A stretch of 64,000 nucleotides of DNA from contig CAZALK010000007.1 in the NCBI GenBank assembly GCA_964486045.1, positions 1 to 64,000 of the forward strand, in the 5' to 3' direction. This DNA comes from an uncultured archaeon (GTDB taxonomy: Archaea > Asgardarchaeota > Lokiarchaeia > Sigyniarchaeales > SOKP01). Below, one piece after another: positions 30,869 to 39,593 of this stretch. Position 1 is the stretch's first letter. Every line of letters starts with the position of its first letter. A program made the translations under genes and the position numbers. The notes beneath the pieces are model-generated. The model did no database searches. It was not told the DNA's origin and was given only the letters and a program-made list of their open reading frames with translations.

Positions 30869-31867
30869 ATGGCCAAAAAAAAAGGAAGTAACGATCCCAA
30901 TAATGAAGAACTTGACTCCGGATCAAAATCTCCTTATAATTTAAAGGATTTACCAGGAGTCGGGGATGCAACAGTAAAAAAATTACAGGATGCAGGGATA
31001 ATTTCAATCAGAACACTTGCTATGTACCCCTTAAAAAAATTAACAGACGAAGTTGGATTAGGAGAAAAAACGGCCAAAAAATTAGTTAAAACGGCGCAGG
31101 ATGTAGAAAAAATGGGTTTCAAATCTGCTGATAAAATTTGGGAAAAAAGAAAATCCTTAAAAAAATTAACTACTGGAAGCCAGAATCTAGATGATTTAAT
31201 TGGAGGAGGAATTGAACCTGGAGCTGTAACTGAGTTTTTTGGTGAGTATCGTACAGGAAAAACGCAAATAGCTCATCAGCTTTGTGTAAATGTCCATTTA
31301 CAATACGAACAAGGAGGTCTTGAAGGAAATGCGCTATACATTGATACTGAAGGTACTTTTAGACCAGAAAGAATAATACAAATGGCAAGTGCTATAGACG
31401 TAGATTATACTGAAATTTTAAAGAATTTAACTATTGGCAGGGCTTATAATAGCGATCATCAAATATTATTAGTAAGAGAAGCTCCAAAGATAATTGAGGA
31501 AAAGAAGATTAAATTAGTAATAGTAGATTCCTTGATAGGTCACTTTCGTAGTGAATATATTGGAAGGGGTACACTAGCAGTGCGTCAACAGACATTAAAT
31601 TCTCATATACATGATATGTTGAGATTATCAGAATTATACGATGAATTAGCTGTGGTTTATACAAATCAAGTATCTGCGAGGCCTGATGTTTTCTATGGAA
31701 ATCCATTGATACACACGGGTGGTCATATTGTAGCCCATGGATCAACGATTAGGATATTTTTAAGGAAAGGTAAAGGAAATCAAAGGGTTGCCAAGGTTGT
31801 TGATGCCCCAAACATTCCAGAAAGTGATACTGTTTTTTCTATTATTGAAGATGGAATAAAAGATTGA
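30869..31867 (+). CDS. radA: DNA repair and recombination protein RadA
   Basis: N-terminal HhH (DLPGVG), Walker A GEYRTGKTQ, YIDTEGTFRPERI, FRSEYIGRGTLAVRQQ, GGHIVAH. Confidence 0.97.
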   Translation: MAKKKGSNDPNNEELDSGSKSPYNLKDLPGVGDATVKKLQDAGIISIRTLAMYPLKKLTDEVGLGEKTAKKLVKTAQDVEKMGFKSADKIWEKRKSLKKLTTGSQNLDDLIGGGIEPGAVTEFFGEYRTGKTQIAHQLCVNVHLQYEQGGLEGNALYIDTEGTFRPERIIQMASAIDVDYTEILKNLTIGRAYNSDHQILLVREAPKIIEEKKIKLVIVDSLIGHFRSEYIGRGTLAVRQQTLNSHIHDMLRLSELYDELAVVYTNQVSARPDVFYGNPLIHTGGHIVAHGSTIRIFLRKGKGNQRVAKVVDAPNIPESDTVFSIIEDGIKD

Positions 31868-31896
31868 GAAGATAAAAATTAAAAATTAAAGAGAAA

Positions 31897-32349
31897 TTAG
31901 AGATCAACGATTACATTCACATCTATTCCTTCTCTTATTGAAGCAGTTATAGTGCAATATTGTTCGAACATCTTCTGACATTGAGCAGCTCTCTTACGCA
32001 TTTCGGGAGAATCGATTTTTGGATTTATAGTAACATCAATTTTCTTTACCCGTACAAATCCTTTTGCATTTTTAAAGATCGTGACTATTGCTTTTGCTTC
32101 TAAATCTTTAACTGTAAAATCTCTCTTACTAAAACAAAATACATAACTTGAGCTTAAACACCCTAACACAGCCATGGCTAGTAAGTGAGCAGCATTAGGA
32201 CCTAGCATATCAGACTCAATTTTGTTTGTTTCGTCAATAAGACAATCTCCTAGTGTGATTTCACCTAAGTCGCATTTAAAAATCATATCTCTTTCTAACT
32301 TTACTTTTACTTTAATCATTCTTTCTTTCAATTCTTTCACTTCCAACAA
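31897..32349 (-). CDS. OsmC/Ohr family protein
   Basis: GPNAAHLLAMAVLGCL and C..MFEQYCTITASI two-Cys pattern. Confidence 0.8.
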   Translation of the reverse strand: MLEVKELKERMIKVKVKLERDMIFKCDLGEITLGDCLIDETNKIESDMLGPNAAHLLAMAVLGCLSSSYVFCFSKRDFTVKDLEAKAIVTIFKNAKGFVRVKKIDVTINPKIDSPEMRKRAAQCQKMFEQYCTITASIREGIDVNVIVDL

Positions 32350-32425
32350 AAATAGCTACTTGAGTTTATTCTAAACATATTGTTTATCATTAAATTACTT
32401 TGAATAAATTATACACTTTTATTTT

Positions 32426-33016
32426 TTATAAAGATTCAATTTTTTTTAATCTAAAATGACGATATACATGGAATCCAAGAAAAAGGAAATAAATCATCAC
32501 AACTAAAAAGTACTCAAGGGCAAGGAATGTTATGAATAATATCATTAGTATAAAAATTAACGTTTCTAATATTAAACACGCACTACATCCGTAATATTTT
32601 TCATCAAAAAAGGATTGTTTTTTTTTATATTGTGATAAATAATTAGATATATTATTGAATTCTTCCTTTGAAATTAATAATCTAAGACCTACTAGTTTTT
32701 TTTGAAAGTAAAAGAAGTTTGTTCCCCAGTCAAAGGTATCAATAATAATATGAAGAAAATAGCTAAGACCACCAATGATAACAGAAATTGTATTAAATAA
32801 CAACCCTAGAATAATAATTATAACCCCAGGAATAATTGAATGTGTGATTAACATCCTGTGATTATTATTGAGGGCATATTTAGAGAGAAAAACATCAAAA
32901 TCACACAAAAATGAAAATAGTATTACTAAAAAAAATTCAATAAAACTAAAATCGAAATAATACTTAAAAATTGATGCAATTATAACTCCGACTCCATAAT
33001 GAGTGTTAATATGAAT
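32426..33016 (-). CDS. Membrane-bound metal-dependent hydrolase-like protein (YdjM/DUF457-like)
   Basis: Motifs TH...DFD...HRMLITHS...HIIID. The reading frame extends 36 codons upstream of the track start to a probable ATT start at 33016 behind AGGTG. Confidence 0.65.
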   Translation of the reverse strand: MHINTHYGVGVIIASIFKYYFDFSFIEFFLVILFSFLCDFDVFLSKYALNNNHRMLITHSIIPGVIIIILGLLFNTISVIIGGLSYFLHIIIDTFDWGTNFFYFQKKLVGLRLLISKEEFNNISNYLSQYKKKQSFFDEKYYGCSACLILETLIFILMILFITFLALEYFLVVMIYFLFLGFHVYRHFRLKKIESL

Positions 33017-33031
33017 TAATCTACACCTTTT

Positions 33032-34015
33032 TTATTTAATATAATCCTTCTTAGCAATCCTTTTCAATACCTTCTTTTTTACAGCACATCCATCTAACCC
33101 TTTTTTTTCTACTAAGAAAGAGGCAGCCGCAGAAGCTAAATTAGCAGATTTTTCAATTGCGATCCATGATTTATCAGAACAGAGAAATTCATATAAAAAT
33201 ATGGAAATATAAACATCTCCTGCACCTGTTTCATCTATGACTTTTTTCGGTTTAAATGCAGGTATTTTCAACATTTTATTTCCTTTCTGATAAACTAATG
33301 ACCCATTTTCTCCCATTGTCATAATGAATATTCCATTTGTTCCAAATTTCTCAAAAAAATTCATAATTTTGTGGTGATCATTATATTCGTTTGAAAGTAA
33401 TTTCATTTCATCTTCAGATCCTTTAAGAATTAACTTATCTCCAATTAATTCTATTATTTTAACCATATTAGAGATAAGTTTTTCATCATGATTATAGGAA
33501 ACTATCCCATAATCATCAATATTTCTGACGAATCCTTGTAAATCTATTCCTATGTAGATCTCGGGATAATATTTGGAGATTTGTGAGATATATTCAAAAG
33601 AAATTTCATTGCACAACGGTACTAATACAATTACATCAGGAGGATTATCTAGATACTCTTGTGGAAAATTTCTAAACATGAGTGGGGGACTTTTAGACTT
33701 CAGAGTTAAAACCCTCGAATGGTTAAAATAGTCTAGGACAAAGCTCGTATTATTTACATCTGAATATTTAATTCCTTTCAAATTAATATTTTTATCATTA
33801 ATAAAATTAAAGAGGGACTTATCAAAATTTAAGTTCCCCACATGGGAGATAATACTTATATCAACGTATCGAGCATAAGTTCTTAAAGCTAAAGAACAAT
33901 AAGAAACACTCCCCCCTAATGTGGGTTTGCTTAAACGTTTAAACCTAACAACAGTATCGACAGCAAAATGTCCAACAAATAATAAAGAGGTATTGTTTTT
34001 ATTTTGATTACTCAT
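33032..34015 (-). CDS. PfkB/ribokinase family carbohydrate kinase
   Basis: N-terminal VGHFAVD..LGGSVSY; C-terminal IDETGAGD motif. Confidence 0.92.
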   Translation of the reverse strand: MSNQNKNNTSLLFVGHFAVDTVVRFKRLSKPTLGGSVSYCSLALRTYARYVDISIISHVGNLNFDKSLFNFINDKNINLKGIKYSDVNNTSFVLDYFNHSRVLTLKSKSPPLMFRNFPQEYLDNPPDVIVLVPLCNEISFEYISQISKYYPEIYIGIDLQGFVRNIDDYGIVSYNHDEKLISNMVKIIELIGDKLILKGSEDEMKLLSNEYNDHHKIMNFFEKFGTNGIFIMTMGENGSLVYQKGNKMLKIPAFKPKKVIDETGAGDVYISIFLYEFLCSDKSWIAIEKSANLASAAASFLVEKKGLDGCAVKKKVLKRIAKKDYIK

Positions 34016-34018
34016 TTA

Positions 34019-35185
34019 TTATGATTTTAATTTTTCAATTATAATATTCTTTTCTTCTAAGGCTATTTTTAGTTTGTTTATGTTATTTTGTAATTCTCTA
34101 ACTAAACCAGACATTGGACCTGTAGGTGCTATTATTTGAGTTTGTGGTGATGTTTTCAATTCGGTTACTAATTTATCTTTAAGTTTAAGTTGTTCTTTAA
34201 GATCTTCAATTAACCTTTCTGCTTCTATAAGGGAAAGAGTTTGAGGGGTGACTTTAGTTTTTTCGTGTAAAATTTCCTGCAATTGAGAGAGTTCAGTTCT
34301 TATTTCTTCATTTTCTTTTTTAAGTTCCTTTATCTCTTCTGGTTCAAGTTTAAAACCACCACTTTCAATAGTTTCTTTAAGTTCAGATTTTTCTCTACTC
34401 AAATTTTCTACAATGCGTTTATATTTATTTAGATCTGCTTGAAGGTCTTGGCATAAAATTTCTAAAGTATCAGACGGTGTTTGAGAGGGTTGAGGTTTTA
34501 TCACAGGTGGTTCTGGTTTGTCAACAGGAATAACAGAATCAACTGGTGATTTGGGACCTTTTTCAATTAGTTGCTCATTTAATACTCTTATTTTTGCTTT
34601 TAAATCTTCAATTTTACCTTCTAATTCTCCAACTTGGGATTTATTTTTTAATAGCTTTGATTGTAAATCCTCAATTAAAGCTTTAGACACTTCAGGGTTA
34701 TCTTTAGGGGGTATATCCTCCTTAAATTCTAAGGCAGACTTTGCTTCGCTCAATTTAATTGTCAATTCAGATATTTCGCTCTCTTTAATAGCTATTTCAT
34801 TCTCTTTAATAGATAATTTATTATCTTTGAGAGAGATATCATTGTCTTTTTCCGTTAGGCTATTTATTAAACTTTTAATCCTATTGGACAGATCAAGATT
34901 TTTGTTTTGAAGTTCTTTAACTTGATTTTCTCTTATTAGAGACCCTTGTTTTCTCTCCTCTTTTAGTCTTTTATTTTCTTCAATAGTATTCCTAACAATT
35001 TCCTCTGTTTTGCTAATTAATTCTATGTTTTCCGCAATTTTATTCCTCAAAATCTCATTTTCATTTTCTACTTCTTTAATATGATCCAACGTTCCTCCTA
35101 TGACATCTGGTTTTTTAGGGTCATCTATCATCTTTTTACGCCACAAACTTATAAAATCTTCTACTTTTTCCTCTTCTTCTGGCAT
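34019..35185 (-). CDS. Long coiled-coil protein, unknown function
   Basis: E/K/L heptad-rich 388 aa with a Pro-rich linker. Confidence 0.75.
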   Translation of the reverse strand: MPEEEEKVEDFISLWRKKMIDDPKKPDVIGGTLDHIKEVENENEILRNKIAENIELISKTEEIVRNTIEENKRLKEERKQGSLIRENQVKELQNKNLDLSNRIKSLINSLTEKDNDISLKDNKLSIKENEIAIKESEISELTIKLSEAKSALEFKEDIPPKDNPEVSKALIEDLQSKLLKNKSQVGELEGKIEDLKAKIRVLNEQLIEKGPKSPVDSVIPVDKPEPPVIKPQPSQTPSDTLEILCQDLQADLNKYKRIVENLSREKSELKETIESGGFKLEPEEIKELKKENEEIRTELSQLQEILHEKTKVTPQTLSLIEAERLIEDLKEQLKLKDKLVTELKTSPQTQIIAPTGPMSGLVRELQNNINKLKIALEEKNIIIEKLKS

Positions 35186-35251
35186 TTTTCTTTCACTTGC
35201 TTTATTATTTTATTAATATTAAATTATTATTTTCATTTCTGTGATAAAAAA

Positions 35252-36139
35252 TTATTTAATCAAAACTCCTGAAAAGTATCCTACGCAATATCCACCGATA
35301 CTTCCACTTTTTTCAGAACTAGTATAATATTTCAATAATTCACCCTTTGTTGCGTTTAAATTTTCTGAAATTAACATAAGTGTAGTAATCGTTTGAGGTC
35401 CACACACTGTGGTTTTTAGCGCGTTTTCAAGAGTGTTTCTTGAACTTAAGTTTTCAAATTCTTGAATCACTGCCAAATCGATCTCTTTAAACATATTCAA
35501 TTGGTTAGAGCTGTTTACTTGTTTATGCGACATATCTGACGATGCTAGAATAACTACGTCCTTTTCTATTGAATTTATTGCCTCAGTTATATCTTTTGCT
35601 ATTTGATTAAGTATTTTGAAATCTTTAGTACCCGCGATTTTAATTGTGACAATTTTCACTTCTTTATCGAAAGAGCAGTACTTAATAAAGGGTAGTTGAA
35701 TTTCGATGTTATGTTCTTGTTCAGCTTTTAATCCAATAAAAAGAGCATTATCATCTTCAATTATATTACTATTATCTAAAATTAGTTTTGACAACCTGTC
35801 ATCTATCCTCAAATTACCTAAAGGTGTTTCCCATTCTCCTTTTTCCATCAATGCGATTTTGTGATACCCTACATGATCAGTTCCTAGTATTATAACTGTA
35901 TCCGGTATTCTTTCTTTAAACAAGTTTAAATATGTAAAAGCAGCACAGGGTCCTGAATATGTCATTCCGGCATGTGGAGAGACTCCCCCTATAATGGTTC
36001 TCTCAGCTTTATTCAACGGAGAGGGCAATTCATTAGGTCCAAATTCTTTATCCATGAAATATCCTTTCAATGCTTCAAGCAAACCCTTCTCTGAGCCGGG
36101 ATACCAGCTTCCCGCATGAGATGCTTTTCTAAGGACCAT
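35252..36139 (-). CDS. MEMO1 family (AmmeMemoRadiSam protein B)
   Basis: RKASHAGSWYP, PHAGMTYSG, W.TPLG, EHNIEIQLPF, SSDMSH, CGP, VGY motifs. ATG at 36139. Confidence 0.92.
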   Translation of the reverse strand: MVLRKASHAGSWYPGSEKGLLEALKGYFMDKEFGPNELPSPLNKAERTIIGGVSPHAGMTYSGPCAAFTYLNLFKERIPDTVIILGTDHVGYHKIALMEKGEWETPLGNLRIDDRLSKLILDNSNIIEDDNALFIGLKAEQEHNIEIQLPFIKYCSFDKEVKIVTIKIAGTKDFKILNQIAKDITEAINSIEKDVVILASSDMSHKQVNSSNQLNMFKEIDLAVIQEFENLSSRNTLENALKTTVCGPQTITTLMLISENLNATKGELLKYYTSSEKSGSIGGYCVGYFSGVLIK

Positions 36140-36261
36140 TTTATTAATCACCAATCAAAAATATCTCAATATTAAAATTATTATTTTCTAAGCTTAAATA
36201 ATTTAATCTAATCGTCGAGGATTGTAAGAATTATTAAGTTAGTGTTAATACCTCTTAAATA

Positions 36262-36867
36262 ATGAATGAAGTAAAGGAAAATCAAATCTCTCTTGATGAC
36301 ATTGATTTACCAGAAAAAATCCCTACAAAATTTATAAATAATCGAGTTATTGTTTTTAATCCACTTTTTGCATCATATTTATACGTAAAAGGTGTAAAGG
36401 GTCAACGTTTTTTTGGCTCACCATTAGGAATTAATAAGCCACGTTTAGAATATTTTTCGAAACCTTCGGAATTATCTCTCATTGAAGGCCTTTATCTACT
36501 AGAGGAAGAACATATCACCATTTTTGACGTAAAAGAAAATAAATATTTAGACTCAGAAGAATTCCATGAAATAGCAAAAGCTGTTCATAGCAAGTTTGAG
36601 GAAAAATACATAATTTACAGAGACTTGAGAGAAAAGGGATACATTCCGAGGCCAGGCCTTAAGTTTGGAGCAGATTTTGTTACGTATAAAAAAGGCCCCG
36701 GATTAGAACATTCCCTCTTTATGGTTCATGTTTTACCTCATGATTCTGAAATTACTGCAATAGATATGGTTAGAGCGGGTAGGCTCGCAACTTCTGTGAG
36801 GAAAAAGTTTGTAATCGCAAATCCATTGACGAAATCATATTATTTCTTTGAATGGTTCAAACCGTGA
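36262..36867 (+). CDS. endA: tRNA-splicing (intron) endonuclease, alpha-type subunit
   Basis: LSLIEGLYL, YRDLREKGY, GLKFGADF.TY..GPGLEHS, GRLATSVRKK: catalytic Tyr/His/Lys retained. 201 aa fits a single alpha unit. Confidence 0.93.
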   Translation: MNEVKENQISLDDIDLPEKIPTKFINNRVIVFNPLFASYLYVKGVKGQRFFGSPLGINKPRLEYFSKPSELSLIEGLYLLEEEHITIFDVKENKYLDSEEFHEIAKAVHSKFEEKYIIYRDLREKGYIPRPGLKFGADFVTYKKGPGLEHSLFMVHVLPHDSEITAIDMVRAGRLATSVRKKFVIANPLTKSYYFFEWFKP

Positions 36868-37008
36868 GGGTATTAGGCGAGATTTCGTATTAGGAGCAAG
36901 ATCAAAAGCAACCTATTAACTATGTCTAATAAAATTATGAGTATCAGTAATTTAAGGCATTTTAATTCTTAAAGTCTTTACAAATTTGCTAAAAAAATCT
37001 TTCGACTG

Positions 37009-37275
37009 TCAATAATTTTCTAGATAGAATTTTGCAGTTGTAGGGTCATTGAAATTATCTAAAAAAGACCGAACGATATCATTTGGAGTAACTTCACCAT
37101 TGGGACCAGAGCCAGGATTCTGAATTAAATATTGGATAATGTTTAATAATGTCTTTTGATCACCGACAGGAACTTTGCTATCATATTCTTTATGTTGGCT
37201 AGAATAAGTTAAAATAAGGTCTTGCAAATATACCGCGAATTTTCTTCTAGGGTCAATATGGTGACGATTAAATGA
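37009..37275 (-). pseudogene. Orphan HNH-like nuclease C-terminal fragment
   Basis: Frame open from 37275 after a TAG: SFNRHHIDPRRKFAVYLQDLILTYSSQHKEYD... No start codon before the HHID motif. Confidence 0.55.
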
Positions 37276-37404
37276 CTAAGTCCCTTTACAAATTTAACTG
37301 AGGTTCTCTTTAACTAGTATGACAACTAAAATTTTTGAATGGTTTAAGCCTTAATGGGAATGAAACCTAATACGAAAAGTCTTTCTGGTTAACTTTACAA
37401 GTTT

Positions 37405-38931
37405 CTAATAAATTGGTTCTCCTGTTATTCTATCAATCCTAGTATGCTTAAATCTTGCTCTTGACCTTGACTCAATATCACTAGCTTGTATTTTATCTAC
37501 GACTTCTTGCGGAAACATAAACTTAGCTAAATGTATAATCATCTCCTTAGTTTCAATACAATTGAATAGTCTTAGAGATTCGCAAGAATAGAAAACCTCG
37601 CTGATGAGATCATGACTCATATCAATTGAAAAATCAAGGATTTCAATATTTCTATAAATTCTTGATATTATAGAATTAAGAATATCATAGTTTTTGAGTT
37701 TATCAAGAGAATCGTTCATATAAAGATAAAATAAAACATAGTATGTTGCTTCAGAAGATACAAATCCATCACGATTTTGTTTTATACCATTAACAGTAAT
37801 TCTGCTTTCTATTTCATCTTTTAGAGCTTTAATATTTTGAGGGTCAATCCGGTTGAGAATTCCAAGAAGACTATAGATTTTTAATATAATCACTAGTTGA
37901 GAAGTTTCTAATTCTCTTAAATAGGTAGGTTTAAAAAATCTTTTCTCGGCTTTTAATATATCATTAATTAATTGATCCGAGACTTTTAGGTTTGCCATTT
38001 TTACTGATTTAAAGTAGTAATACAATCCATCTGTTGCTTCCAATATTGGAGCTTCAAATTCGTCTCTTTGATCTTCATAAATATCTTCAAGGAATTGCTT
38101 TATCTTTTCTCTGTCAATATCAATTTTTAAATGTTGCGAGAGGTATATACCGCAAAAACATAAATCAGGATTCTTTAATGTGATCAATGGAATATCTTCG
38201 AGACAATCTTCAAAGTGTTCCTTTAGATATTGTGTGATATGAGAAAAATCAAAATAAGATTGTATTTCATAAAAATCTATAATCCTATAAATTAAATATA
38301 ATAATTGTAATTTATCTTGAGAATTTGTTAAATCCTCTAGACTTTCTATATTAGTCTTATTACTACGGAATTTTTTGATAATATTATCTCTTATCTTTAC
38401 ATATTTTCTTAAATTTTCCATTTTCTCAGGTGATTTTTCAAAAAGCGTCCTCAAATTTCTTAACTCAATCATAAATTCAAGTAGAAGAAATCCTCCACCA
38501 CCATTCTGCTCTCCTTGATGTCTATTACCTCTAAAATTTAACAAAATAGACGCTGCCATTGGATCTACTAGATAATAGACAATTTGTTCTAATAAGATTT
38601 CATAAATAAACGGAGCAAGTTTGATTCTGTATAAATCATTTAAGGTAGAAATTTGTTTTCTCTCGTTATCATTGAGTTCTACTAAATGGCTTGAAAATCT
38701 ATTTTCAACATTTGATTTTTCTAATCCAAATCCTTGTAACCGTTCTATAAGGAATGATACAACATCTTGAAGAACTTTGTCTATATTATCCGAGGTGATT
38801 CCACTTATTCCTAATGATTTGGAAATTTCCTTCTGTAAATGAAAATGAAAAAATCGATCTACATCATTGTAGAATAGTTCTGTTTCGGTCAAGAACAAAT
38901 CGAGAATATTAAAAATTCCTTGAAGAATCAT
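37405..38931 (-). CDS. Hypothetical helical protein (C-terminal alpha-alpha barrel/prenyltransferase-like repeats possible)
   Basis: Long ORF with ..EAT..LYY.. repeated twice. Likely start MILQG at 38931. Confidence 0.7.
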   Translation of the reverse strand: MILQGIFNILDLFLTETELFYNDVDRFFHFHLQKEISKSLGISGITSDNIDKVLQDVVSFLIERLQGFGLEKSNVENRFSSHLVELNDNERKQISTLNDLYRIKLAPFIYEILLEQIVYYLVDPMAASILLNFRGNRHQGEQNGGGGFLLLEFMIELRNLRTLFEKSPEKMENLRKYVKIRDNIIKKFRSNKTNIESLEDLTNSQDKLQLLYLIYRIIDFYEIQSYFDFSHITQYLKEHFEDCLEDIPLITLKNPDLCFCGIYLSQHLKIDIDREKIKQFLEDIYEDQRDEFEAPILEATDGLYYYFKSVKMANLKVSDQLINDILKAEKRFFKPTYLRELETSQLVIILKIYSLLGILNRIDPQNIKALKDEIESRITVNGIKQNRDGFVSSEATYYVLFYLYMNDSLDKLKNYDILNSIISRIYRNIEILDFSIDMSHDLISEVFYSCESLRLFNCIETKEMIIHLAKFMFPQEVVDKIQASDIESRSRARFKHTRIDRITGEPIY

Positions 38932-39017
38932 TGTAAAATAGAAAATATTACTTAATATAAATAACAAATTTAAAAATTAATATTTTTTGATTTACTAAAA
39001 CTAGTAAAATATCTTGT

Positions 39018-39470
39018 TTAAGGAACTACAAGGACAGGTTTTTTTGAGGAATTTGCTACTCTTTCAGTAATGTTTTCAAGCAAAATTTCAGAAGTATGTT
39101 CACTATCTCTTAATTTTATTATAATCAAATCGTAGTAGGCAGCCATCTTAATTATCTCTTCTTCTGGAGTGCCAACTATCATTTTACTTTCAAGATTAAA
39201 ATCGAGACAACCGCATTTTTTTGCTTCTCTAATTGCTTTTAGGCAATTTTTTTCACATTCCTCAAGATATTTAACATAACGTGAATCTACTTTCTTTCCT
39301 TGGTGGAAAAAAAACCGATCTAAATTTTTCTTATTCACAACATAAAGTATCATTATGGGACAATCTTCAAAGATCTTTGAAACTTTAGAAGCATATCTTA
39401 CCGCATCATAACTTTTAGGAGAACCATCGATTGGTACCAATATCGATCTAAAGCTTAATTCTTCTAACAT
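39018..39470 (-). CDS. Universal stress protein (UspA family)
   Basis: ILVPIDGS..S..A, G.P.EEI...A..YDLII, ERV..SKKPVLVV. Confidence 0.9.
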   Translation of the reverse strand: MLEELSFRSILVPIDGSPKSYDAVRYASKVSKIFEDCPIMILYVVNKKNLDRFFFHQGKKVDSRYVKYLEECEKNCLKAIREAKKCGCLDFNLESKMIVGTPEEEIIKMAAYYDLIIIKLRDSEHTSEILLENITERVANSSKKPVLVVP

Positions 39471-39593
39471 ATAAACATACCAAAAATATAATTTGTACCC
39501 AATAAATAATAGAGTAAGTTCAATATTTAAACTTTTATCTTAATAATTGCTTCGATTTTGAACTAAAATTAAAGATAGAGTTTAGAAGTAAAA

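Noticed and set aside
38485-38535. Odd GNRHQGEQNGGGG segment in the 37405 gene as a possible in-frame intron
   Set aside because: Only a weak CATCA/TGGTG stem; no 4-bp central helix with 3-nt bulges could be fitted.
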